From Pseudomonadota bacterium (GTDB lineage: Bacteria; Bdellovibrionota; FAC87; UBA2466): DNA of 64,000 nt. Within the stretch, counting starts at the first letter, position 1; the number at the start of each line of letters is the position of its first letter. The position numbers were made by a program, and so were the translations under genes. The DNA lies in NCBI GenBank assembly GCA_043718025.1, contig JAYSWN010000069.1:1-64000 (forward strand). Direction: 5' to 3'. The notes below the pieces were generated by a model. The model did no database searches, was not told the DNA's origin, and saw only the letters and a list, made by a program, of their open reading frames with translations. Shown piece after piece: positions 56,511 to 64,000 of this stretch.

Positions 56511-57131
56511 TCATGACTTTAAAGTGACTACGCCCCAAGCAATATGGGCGGTAGCGGAGACTCCACAGGCCCGCAAATTGAGAAGGTTAACCCCGCGCGG
56601 CTTGGTTACCCAGAGAGTTTGACCGGCCAAGATTTGGCCGGTTTGTTCGGTATTCGGATCTAGAAACTCAACCACCCCATCCATGGCAAAGACAAAATGC
56701 TCGTCACCCTGGTAGGGCAACTGCACCTCTTCTTTTGCGCGAAAGCGGGCAACGTGCAGACTTGCGCTCGCCGTTAGCCGTTCGCAAAAGAGATTTAGGT
56801 CGCAGCAGGGCTGCTTCAAAATCGCGTGGTGCTCCACATCGCCGGAGAACGAGTACACCTCACGCTGAGGCAAAAGCCTGGTATCTCCCCCTTTTGCGGT
56901 CAATGAAATAGGGCCTCCCTCTACCACCACGAACTTTCGATCGTATCCGGGATAAAGCGAAAAGGGGCTGGAGGAGGCGATTTGAGCGGTGCTAAGCCTC
57001 CAGCGAAAGGGGGCGGCGCTATCGACGGCAATCTCCTGGGTTTCACCCAGACCATTTTTCCACTTCATGTTGCGGTAGTCGCTAGGGCTCAGAAGGCGAA
57101 TCGTGGGCTGAGGTAATTTAGTTCGGAGCAT
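56511..57131 (-). CDS. HutD/Ves family protein
   Basis: MKWKNGLGETQEIA, FRWRLSTA, PFSLYPGYDR, DLNL. Confidence 0.87.
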   Translation of the reverse strand: MLRTKLPQPTIRLLSPSDYRNMKWKNGLGETQEIAVDSAAPFRWRLSTAQIASSSPFSLYPGYDRKFVVVEGGPISLTAKGGDTRLLPQREVYSFSGDVEHHAILKQPCCDLNLFCERLTASASLHVARFRAKEEVQLPYQGDEHFVFAMDGVVEFLDPNTEQTGQILAGQTLWVTKPRGVNLLNLRACGVSATAHIAWGVVTLKS

Positions 57132-57149
57132 GGCGTTTTCTACCAATGC

Positions 57150-58202
57150 TTAGCGGCGAAACACAATTCGAATCACTCGGCCCTTATCGTTCTTGAAGGC
57201 GAAACTCGGATAGGAACCCGGTACCTGCGTAATCGGTAAAGGAGTAAAACCAAAATCCTCGAAACTGTGCCTTAGTTCGCCGCGAACTTCGGAGCCATAC
57301 TCTGCGGCCTTTTCCTCGCCTTCGGCCAGCAATTCGCTAAGCGTTGCGTGCTTACCCCGCATTCGATCTTTATTGGCGATTTGGAGATCAAGGTAGGTCA
57401 GCGGCATAATGACTTCAACCGTGACCTCCTTAGCCTTGGTATTATTCGCAATGCTGACGATCGTCGAAGCCAGACAATAGTCCATGGCTCCGCCCGCAAT
57501 GACTACGTTCTCCGCGGCGGAGAGCTTAAAATTGAATTCACCACCGACGGAATGATTAACCAATCTAGCTTCGGCAACGTGTTCGGTTTTTAGGGGGTGT
57601 GAAGACTCAGCGCCCACCAACCAAACCGCCCGCACCCCTTTTAAATCGGGATATTTCCCAATCACCTCATCCGTCTTGTCTTGCAGCGGCGTGGTCTGAT
57701 GCGTAAAAATTAAAACCTTCTTTTCACCCTTCAGCTCTTCGATCACTTTAGCGGCGGTTTTTCCATCGTACTCAACTTTTTTGATCTCTTTTTCCAGCAG
57801 AGCGTCGACTGCGGCGCGTACGATTTCACTTTTGCCTCTGTACCACTCGAAGTTGAGTCTCCCTTCTGCTTCGGAAAAGAAGAAATTGTTCTTCATTTGC
57901 TCGGGGTTTTTTTGGCCGAGAAGATACAACGCGACTTCACGAACGTGGGTTTCAAACTCCAAAATGGTAAGCGGTACCGGCTTGTTGTCCTTACCGCGAA
58001 GCTCTTTGAGCACGCTGGCTAAGAGTTGGGGGTCGGTATTGCCCACCGCTGCGGCTTTGCCCTTTCGCGGCTTCACCTCAGCGAGCAGGCGCGCACAACT
58101 GACTCGGTCGCCGATAGCACCATTGGTTTCTTTGCTGCCGTCTGCCCAGGTGAACCCGGGCGAAAGAAGCGCCAACAGGAAAATGAGATTGCGAAAACGC
58201 AT
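57150..58202 (-). CDS. secreted protein with an isochorismatase (cysteine hydrolase)-like C-terminal domain
   Basis: Signal peptide; VVIAGGAMDYCLAST resembles the G-x5-C catalytic motif. Confidence 0.5.
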   Translation of the reverse strand: MRFRNLIFLLALLSPGFTWADGSKETNGAIGDRVSCARLLAEVKPRKGKAAAVGNTDPQLLASVLKELRGKDNKPVPLTILEFETHVREVALYLLGQKNPEQMKNNFFFSEAEGRLNFEWYRGKSEIVRAAVDALLEKEIKKVEYDGKTAAKVIEELKGEKKVLIFTHQTTPLQDKTDEVIGKYPDLKGVRAVWLVGAESSHPLKTEHVAEARLVNHSVGGEFNFKLSAAENVVIAGGAMDYCLASTIVSIANNTKAKEVTVEVIMPLTYLDLQIANKDRMRGKHATLSELLAEGEEKAAEYGSEVRGELRHSFEDFGFTPLPITQVPGSYPSFAFKNDKGRVIRIVFRR

Positions 58203-58306
58203 GCCGACATCTTAGCAGAAATAGGAGCGCTTTCGGGGAGATAACTCGTCGCATCGCGACAGTCCGGGACGCAAAAAAAAGAGCGGTGTTTTCAAAGTGT
58301 TAGCGT

Positions 58307-59005
58307 TTACCCGCCGCACGACATAGCGCCTTCGAGGGTATTTGAGATTTCACCACTGTCGGGATGAAAGGAGATCTGTTTGGCGGGGTAGCTTCCCGGG
58401 GCGCCCGGCTTTTCGCCGCGTGAAGTGGGGTATTGCCAATGCACTTCGGAGTCGGTGACCGCTTTCACCGGAGCATAAATGGCCGCCTCATTAGGGCGAC
58501 GGCATGAAACGAAATCGGCTACGCTTAAGACTTTACGGGATTTTTTGGTGCTAACCGTCCAGGCCGATAGCTGATTCGGTTTGGTAAAATAAAATACCGA
58601 TTGAGAATTTGCGCTCCAAGCCGGACTTACCCCTTTGAAACGGCCGATGTCTTTCCCCGCCGAAGTGAAAACGTGAACGGAGCCGTCACGATATCCACCG
58701 GTAACCCAGAACCAACGGCAATCAGGGCTGAACATCGCCATGCCCCCGGAGGCAATTGTCATCACCGGGTTTCCCCCGCGCTCCAAGCAGAGCGCTGACT
58801 TGGCTGACCCAGGCGTTAACCAAAAGAGTTCAATCCCTGGGCAACTCTGGCCGGAAGGGTTTCCGGCAATGCCCATGTGGTGATTGTTTGATGAGGTGGT
58901 GGGCCGTTCGCTGGTCGCCGCACAAGGGTTATTGCTTTGATCTGCGTGAGAAACCGCGCTGGCAAATAGAAAGAAGGCGAACCCTAATACCAATTTTTTT
59001 TTCAT
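58307..59005 (-). CDS. secreted TolB-like beta-propeller fragment protein
   Basis: Signal peptide; FSPD, PAWSANS and FHPD repeats. Confidence 0.6.
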   Translation of the reverse strand: MKKKLVLGFAFFLFASAVSHADQSNNPCAATSERPTTSSNNHHMGIAGNPSGQSCPGIELFWLTPGSAKSALCLERGGNPVMTIASGGMAMFSPDCRWFWVTGGYRDGSVHVFTSAGKDIGRFKGVSPAWSANSQSVFYFTKPNQLSAWTVSTKKSRKVLSVADFVSCRRPNEAAIYAPVKAVTDSEVHWQYPTSRGEKPGAPGSYPAKQISFHPDSGEISNTLEGAMSCGG

Positions 59006-59049
59006 AGTTTTCTATTGTATTCTCCTCCCCCCAATTCCACTCTTAAAAT

Positions 59050-59664
59050 ATGAGCACACCGCTAATCGTCTACTCTTTTCGCCGCTGCCCGTTTGCGATG
59101 CGGGTGCGACTAACCCTTCACGAGAAGGGACTCACTTTTGAAACCATAGAAGAAGACTTAAAAAACTTTTCGCCCGAGCTACTCCGCTTGCATCCCGAAG
59201 CCAAGGTACCGGTTTTGGTACACGGAAGCGTAGCGCTGTATGAGTCAGCGATCATTACCGAGTATCTTGAAGAGGCTTTTCCAGCATCGCTAAAACTCAT
59301 GCCCCAATCCGCCGTAGCGCGCGCCCAAGTGCGACTATGGACGCATTGGTGCGATACTCAATTTAAGCCCACCATCGATCGGCTAAAGTACGGGGTCAGT
59401 CGCTTTAGCGTAGAGGAGTGCGCGGGCAGCGAAAACCGCATTCAGAGCCACCTGCAAAAGCTGGAAGACCGACTAGCGCAGGCGGCATGGCTGGTTGAAG
59501 GGTCTTATTCTTTGGCCGACGTGCATCTGTTTCCCTTTTGCCGGCAACTTTTCCAGATGACGCCGCCGCCCAGTTTCTTCGCCAATTATCCGGCGGTAAA
59601 TCGTTGGGCCGACGCCATTTCGCTAAGACCGGCATTCTTGAAGACGATGGAGAAAGGCCGTTAA
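59050..59664 (+). CDS. glutathione S-transferase family protein (SspA-like)
   Basis: YSFRRCPFAMRVR, KVPVL, LYESAIITEYL, YSLAD. Confidence 0.92.
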   Translation: MSTPLIVYSFRRCPFAMRVRLTLHEKGLTFETIEEDLKNFSPELLRLHPEAKVPVLVHGSVALYESAIITEYLEEAFPASLKLMPQSAVARAQVRLWTHWCDTQFKPTIDRLKYGVSRFSVEECAGSENRIQSHLQKLEDRLAQAAWLVEGSYSLADVHLFPFCRQLFQMTPPPSFFANYPAVNRWADAISLRPAFLKTMEKGR

Positions 59665-59756
59665 CAGTCCGTTTTACTCATCCGCTGATCGCGTTGCCCC
59701 TAGGCCACTAATCTGGAATACCGAATGATGGAGTTTGTTATTTAAAGGGGTTGTTG

Positions 59757-60392
59757 ATGAAATTTCAGGTTTGGTTTTTTGCGGCGGTCTTATCGCTGTC
59801 CAGCTTCGCAGACTGGACCAAACTGGGACCTTCCTCTTTTAAAATGGCCGATCCTCCTGAAGTGGGAAGCGAGGCCGATGAAAAAGACTACGAAGAATTA
59901 CACCGCCTTCAAGAAAACCGAACGAAAGGTGACTGCCAAGAAGGTCGCGAACAGCTTAGCCACACGTTCGAAAACTTTTTTGGGCCCGAGAGCGGCCAGC
60001 TTACTCAAAAACAGTTTGATCGTTACGAAGATCTCTTCGCCAGAGTCTTTAAACTCACTTCGCGAATCGGCGGGTATTTTAAAGATCACTACGAACGGCC
60101 ACGTCCCTACATCGCCGATGAAACGCTAAAACCCTGCATTCCTAAACCGGGAGCCAGCCGCTCCTACCCCAGCACCCACGCCGCATTGGGAACCGTGGCG
60201 GGCTGCCTTTTGGCGCAAGCCTTGCCCGTTAAAGCTGAAAAATTGCAATCACACGGAAAACGAATTGGAGACTTGCGCATGATTGTAGGCGTCCATCACC
60301 CTACCGACGTTAAGGCCGGGCAAAAATTAGGGCGCCAAATCTGCGAACGGTTGATGACCGATGCTGAGTTTACCGAGGAGCTAGGGCTCTAA
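59757..60392 (+). CDS. class A non-specific acid phosphatase (PAP2)
   Basis: Signal peptide; KDHYERPRP, SYPSTHA, RMIVGVHHPTDV. Confidence 0.9.
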   Translation: MKFQVWFFAAVLSLSSFADWTKLGPSSFKMADPPEVGSEADEKDYEELHRLQENRTKGDCQEGREQLSHTFENFFGPESGQLTQKQFDRYEDLFARVFKLTSRIGGYFKDHYERPRPYIADETLKPCIPKPGASRSYPSTHAALGTVAGCLLAQALPVKAEKLQSHGKRIGDLRMIVGVHHPTDVKAGQKLGRQICERLMTDAEFTEELGL

Positions 60393-60492
60393 AACCGGCG
60401 TTTTCCCGGCGCGCAAAATGTCACCCATTTTGCCCTTCAAACCAAAACCCCAAAATGGTAAACCCCTGCCCCAAAGCAATAGGGGAATACTG

Positions 60493-61989
60493 ATGAAAGT
60501 CTGCGCACTCGCCTTTTCGACCGCTATTTTTTTGCTATTTGGCTGCGGCGGTTCTGAGCCGCTCACGCTAGAGGTTCCCCAGTACGCCGAGATGAGAAAC
60601 ATTGGTGAGTCTCCCGCGGCGATTCAAAAAGCGGCGCGGGCCATTGTGCGAATCGACGTTACCGGTAGCCACGGCACCGGTACCTTTATTTCAGCCGATG
60701 GTTTACTGCTCACCAACAACCATGTGCTCGGAGTCGACAACCACGCTTGTGCCGCAGAAGGCTGCTACCTGCACATTGCGGTCAATTATCAAATTGGCGT
60801 TAAATACCAGCCTCCGGTCAAGGTTTTTGCCAAGCCCGTTGGCGTTAGCCCCGAATGGGATGCTTCGCTTTTTCAACTATGGACCGACGCCAGCGAAACT
60901 AAAAGATTCGCAGCCCCCCACCACCTTGAAATTGAGTCACAAAGCGGAAGTGATCTGCTTGAAAAAACGGTTTACGTGGTTGGCCACCCGCTGGCCAGCG
61001 TGAAGAAGTGGACCTCGGGACGGGTCTATCGGCAAAATGCCAAATGGATTTCCTCTACCAATTTTAGCCTGCCCGGAAACAGCGGATCGCCCTTTCTCAA
61101 CGCGGACGGTAAAATTGTCGGTCTGGTCCACCGCGCCTCGATGGGCAATGATGAAATCACGCGCAAATCGGTTTTAACCAGTTCCACGGGCACACCGAGC
61201 TCACACCTACTTGAATTTAAGAATGGCGCACCTCGCCTCGGCCTTTTTTACTCTGTAAAAGCCGAACACAAAGTGGATGAAGCGATTAAGCATCAAGACG
61301 CGTACTACATGAATCAGCAAGGGGATGTAATGTTACCGGGCGGCGCCCGCCAGCATATGCTGGATTTACTGGCGACCAGTTGCGATGAAGCCTTACTCGG
61401 AAGTGAGCAACCCTCCCCCGAGGCGTTGATGACCCTTCTGTCGCCGTGTTCTAAAGCCCGTAACTGGATCAACTGTCTTCATCCAAAAGACGATCGGGCA
61501 ATGAAAAAATGCCCAGTGGGAGCCGACAAAACTAATTGGAGCGTTCGCTTTGCCAAAGCCGCTCAGCTAATGGAGCAGTACAACGCTCAGCAGTTCATGG
61601 ATTTTCTATTGGTTTCCTCTCAGCTTGAAACCTCTCAAGCAACCGCCTTGCCAGTGCTTCAAGCGCAGTTGGCGGGTTACGTTACACGCACGGCGAGACC
61701 CCTGTCTTTTGAACTTGCCGTTCAATGGCTGGACGCCTTCGGCACAACAACATCTTACCAGGGCGTAGACGTGGCGCAGTTCCTCGTCGATTACAAAAAG
61801 CAGACTCATTACGAATATTATTTTGGCTCCATCATCGAAGGCCATGCGTTGATGCTGAACTCCGGAATTATTACCGGCCAAGAACTGCTGCGAGCCTACG
61901 GCGAGTTCTTTCAAGATGAAAAGTTAGATCTGGGAAATAAATTAGAGCTAGAAAGCACCTGTTACCAAGTGCACCTTTTCCCCTATTAG
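60493..61989 (+). CDS. lipoprotein with trypsin-like serine protease domain and helical C-terminal extension
   Basis: Lipobox LFGC; GTGTFIS, LTNNHV, DASL, PGNSGSP. Confidence 0.85.
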   Translation: MKVCALAFSTAIFLLFGCGGSEPLTLEVPQYAEMRNIGESPAAIQKAARAIVRIDVTGSHGTGTFISADGLLLTNNHVLGVDNHACAAEGCYLHIAVNYQIGVKYQPPVKVFAKPVGVSPEWDASLFQLWTDASETKRFAAPHHLEIESQSGSDLLEKTVYVVGHPLASVKKWTSGRVYRQNAKWISSTNFSLPGNSGSPFLNADGKIVGLVHRASMGNDEITRKSVLTSSTGTPSSHLLEFKNGAPRLGLFYSVKAEHKVDEAIKHQDAYYMNQQGDVMLPGGARQHMLDLLATSCDEALLGSEQPSPEALMTLLSPCSKARNWINCLHPKDDRAMKKCPVGADKTNWSVRFAKAAQLMEQYNAQQFMDFLLVSSQLETSQATALPVLQAQLAGYVTRTARPLSFELAVQWLDAFGTTTSYQGVDVAQFLVDYKKQTHYEYYFGSIIEGHALMLNSGIITGQELLRAYGEFFQDEKLDLGNKLELESTCYQVHLFPY

Positions 61990-62017
61990 CAGTCATTCTC
62001 CAAGCCCTAGCCAAGTT

Positions 62018-62052
62018 AAAAAAAAGGGCCCGCCTCAAAGAGACGCGCCCTT
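62018..62052 (-). terminator. intrinsic terminator
   Basis: A8-GGGCCCGCCTC-AAAGAGACGCGCCC-TT between convergent genes. Confidence 0.65.
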
Positions 62053-62088
62053 GATTAAATTTTGCGTCGTGTCACCCAAAAACGTTTT

Positions 62089-62772
62089 TTAGTCGTTATA
62101 GAGATCGGCTTTGATCGCCGCCAGCGCCTCTTTATCGATAATACGATCGAGATGGCCGTCCGCATAAATGCCAGCATCCATCAGCACTTTTTGCCCACAG
62201 TTTGAGCAATGCTTCTGAATGTTTTTCAACATGATCAACGCTGACCCGTAAGAACCATAAGGAGTGATGTCGCAAGAAGGACGGCCCGCCAACTTGGCGC
62301 CGGTCCAGATGCTGGTAACGTCTTCTCCCTTTTCATTTTTGAACTCTTTTGGGCAACGAGAGTGTGACCAGTTGCCGTTGTCGACTTCGGTATGACGCGC
62401 CTCGTGATAAAGCACGCTTACCTTGGCGATCATCGGGTGGTCCAATTCCGTATAGTTCTTGGTGAGCCAAATCTTAGAGGCGCCGAGAAACGGAATGACG
62501 CAAGCAACGGCTTTGCCATCGCTACCACAGTCGTTTAGTCCGATGCGCGTGATGCGCGACTCCAACCATTCGATGTAGTTTTTGCCTTCTAGCTCGCCAA
62601 AGATCTCTTTGTGCAGAGCCGAGGTGGCGTTGCTTTTAAAACCGCTGACGGTTTTTAAATCTTGCGTAACCTGATTCCTAATTTTTTCCGGAACCTCTTC
62701 CCCAAATTCGTAGCCAAAAGAAAGTGCCGAGCAGACCAGTGCCAATAACGTGATGAACTTATTTTTATTCAT
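62089..62772 (-). CDS. secreted HEXXH (zincin-like) protein
   Basis: Signal peptide; LYHEARH; several Cys; start re-picked at 62772. Confidence 0.7.
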   Translation of the reverse strand: MNKNKFITLLALVCSALSFGYEFGEEVPEKIRNQVTQDLKTVSGFKSNATSALHKEIFGELEGKNYIEWLESRITRIGLNDCGSDGKAVACVIPFLGASKIWLTKNYTELDHPMIAKVSVLYHEARHTEVDNGNWSHSRCPKEFKNEKGEDVTSIWTGAKLAGRPSCDITPYGSYGSALIMLKNIQKHCSNCGQKVLMDAGIYADGHLDRIIDKEALAAIKADLYND

Positions 62773-62899
62773 TTCCCCCCCAACGTTTGTCATGTCATGT
62801 GATAGACAAGGCGACAATACGAGGGGCAAAGCGGCGTTAACGAAGCGCTACAAACACCCTAAATGCTTACGTTTTCTGATATAATTTTTACAACCCTCT

Positions 62900-63529
62900 A
62901 TGACGCTACGGGCAAACCATTTCTATTTTCTGACCTTTGCATTTCTTACGACGCCGCAATTTTTAGCGGCCATTAAACCGATCGTAAAAAGCTGCGGTGA
63001 AATTGCCGCGCTGGCGAAAAACCCAACCGAGAAGAGCGAAACTTTTTATCGAGAGAGCGATCCGAATTTTCCCGATTTTCACTTCACCGGAACTTTAACT
63101 GCCGATGGCACCCTTAAAATTTCGACTTACCGTGGCCTTTCCGACGGCATTCAATCAACAATCAACCCGAAGCTGGCAACGCAGGCGATGCTGGCGCACT
63201 TTGGAAAGAAAGTGAAACGAGTAGAATTAGGACTGAGCCAACTCGAGAATATTGACGACAGAAATTGGTCTAAAGAACCGCTGCTCGATGATTTCAACCG
63301 AAGTTGGAATGAAGCTAGTCGCGACCCAAAGCTGGTTGATCTGGAACGCATGGTGGGCAAAGCAGAAGCCAAACGAGATGAGCAAATTCTTAGCCGCGCG
63401 GCCTTGGGCACGTCAGTTGGCACCACGCTAATGTTGAGCGGAGGAATGACCAAAGTAACCATGACGTCTGCTTTGGGAAAAAGACGGGGCGAATGGATCT
63501 CGATTGTACTTATGTTTGAACCGCGTTAG
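62900..63529 (+). CDS. secreted protein with a polymorphic-toxin-like C-terminal domain
   Basis: Signal-like N-terminus; AMLAHFG..V, FN, AA..T..G and final strand VLMFEPR pattern. Confidence 0.5.
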   Translation: MTLRANHFYFLTFAFLTTPQFLAAIKPIVKSCGEIAALAKNPTEKSETFYRESDPNFPDFHFTGTLTADGTLKISTYRGLSDGIQSTINPKLATQAMLAHFGKKVKRVELGLSQLENIDDRNWSKEPLLDDFNRSWNEASRDPKLVDLERMVGKAEAKRDEQILSRAALGTSVGTTLMLSGGMTKVTMTSALGKRRGEWISIVLMFEPR

Positions 63530-63538
63530 CCAATTGCT

Positions 63539-63994
63539 TCACTCGCCCACCAAAAGCTGCCTAAGAAAAAGACTGGCCTCATCGTAAGCGTTGATAACTT
63601 CACTGGGCTTAGGGCCGGAGACATTGAGCACTTTGGTATTAAATTTTGTTGCCCAGGCTTCGGCGTCTTCGATTTTCGGATTTTTTTTTAGGTCGGCGTA
63701 AAACACCGGACGCTTCATTCGCGCGGCAATGGCCACCACTTTCAAATTGCTGCCGGCCAGTTCGCCCCACCCCAACAGCAAAGTGCCGTCAGAATCGCGC
63801 ACGTTTAACTCGATCACTTTTGTGGCGCTTGGGGAATCGCACTCCACCACGGGGTATTTTTCTTCCACCACCCCATCTTCGGCGCGTCGCCCTTTCGGGC
63901 ACCAGCCGCCGCAAGCGATATCATTTTGCAAAGCAACATCTAGCGCGGCACGTTCTACCCCGGCCTGACCACTACTCACGATTTTTATCACCAT
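63539..63994 (-). CDS. putative molybdenum carrier protein (YpsA/SLOG-like)
   Basis: KIVSSGQAGVERAALD, GGWCPKGRRAEDG, NVRDSDGTL, VLNVSGP. Confidence 0.88.
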   Translation of the reverse strand: MVIKIVSSGQAGVERAALDVALQNDIACGGWCPKGRRAEDGVVEEKYPVVECDSPSATKVIELNVRDSDGTLLLGWGELAGSNLKVVAIAARMKRPVFYADLKKNPKIEDAEAWATKFNTKVLNVSGPKPSEVINAYDEASLFLRQLLVGE

Positions 63995-64000
63995 AGCTGC

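Noticed and set aside
58266..58275. gggacgcaaa resembles part of a c-di-GMP-I riboswitch
   Set aside because: The upstream GGCAAA/GNRA P2 stem is missing and no plus-strand gene follows
31122..62829. Long N-terminal extensions in the ORF track (e.g. 31122, 34248, 36773, 50804, 51735, 53558, 55447, 60418, 62829)
   Set aside because: Downstream starts fit SD or -10 signals, signal peptides or family N-termini better; several extensions overlap neighbouring genes
1..64000. Prophage, defence island, tRNA or rRNA genes
   Set aside because: No integrase, phage structural, restriction-modification or cas motifs and no tRNA cloverleaf recognised by eye

Overview
This is a gene-dense chromosomal window (about 64 CDS). 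I found no rRNA, tRNA, CRISPR array, integrase or transposase. The content points to a Gram-negative bacterium, probably of the Bdellovibrionota/Oligoflexia type; this is inferred from the many orphan secreted proteins, the many peptidases and a TPR-wHTH regulator. Recognisable blocks are a sigma54 activator, an mlaEFD-hpt operon, a surface-glycosylation cluster (eukaryote-type UDP-galactopyranose mutase, GT2, two Chloroflexi/Archaea-type GT-C-like membrane proteins, DprE1/DprE2-like pair), a deoxyhypusine-synthase-like gene coupled to a NodIJ-like exporter, hemH, corA, rlmG, pip, rpsU, rarD, an rlmD-like methyltransferase and sahR-ahcY. The most interesting signals are: (1) the dual-furanose (Galf + Araf) glycosylation cluster; (2) unrelated secreted proteins, several with normally cytoplasmic folds (amidoligase, kinase-like, isochorismatase-like, toxin-like), that share a Cys-x-x-x-hydrophobic motif just after the signal peptide, a candidate effector tag; (3) candidate sigma54 promoters in front of orphan secreted genes and many apparently leaderless genes; (4) a 61-bp dispersed intergenic repeat. 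All family calls come from motif recognition by eye, not from database searches.
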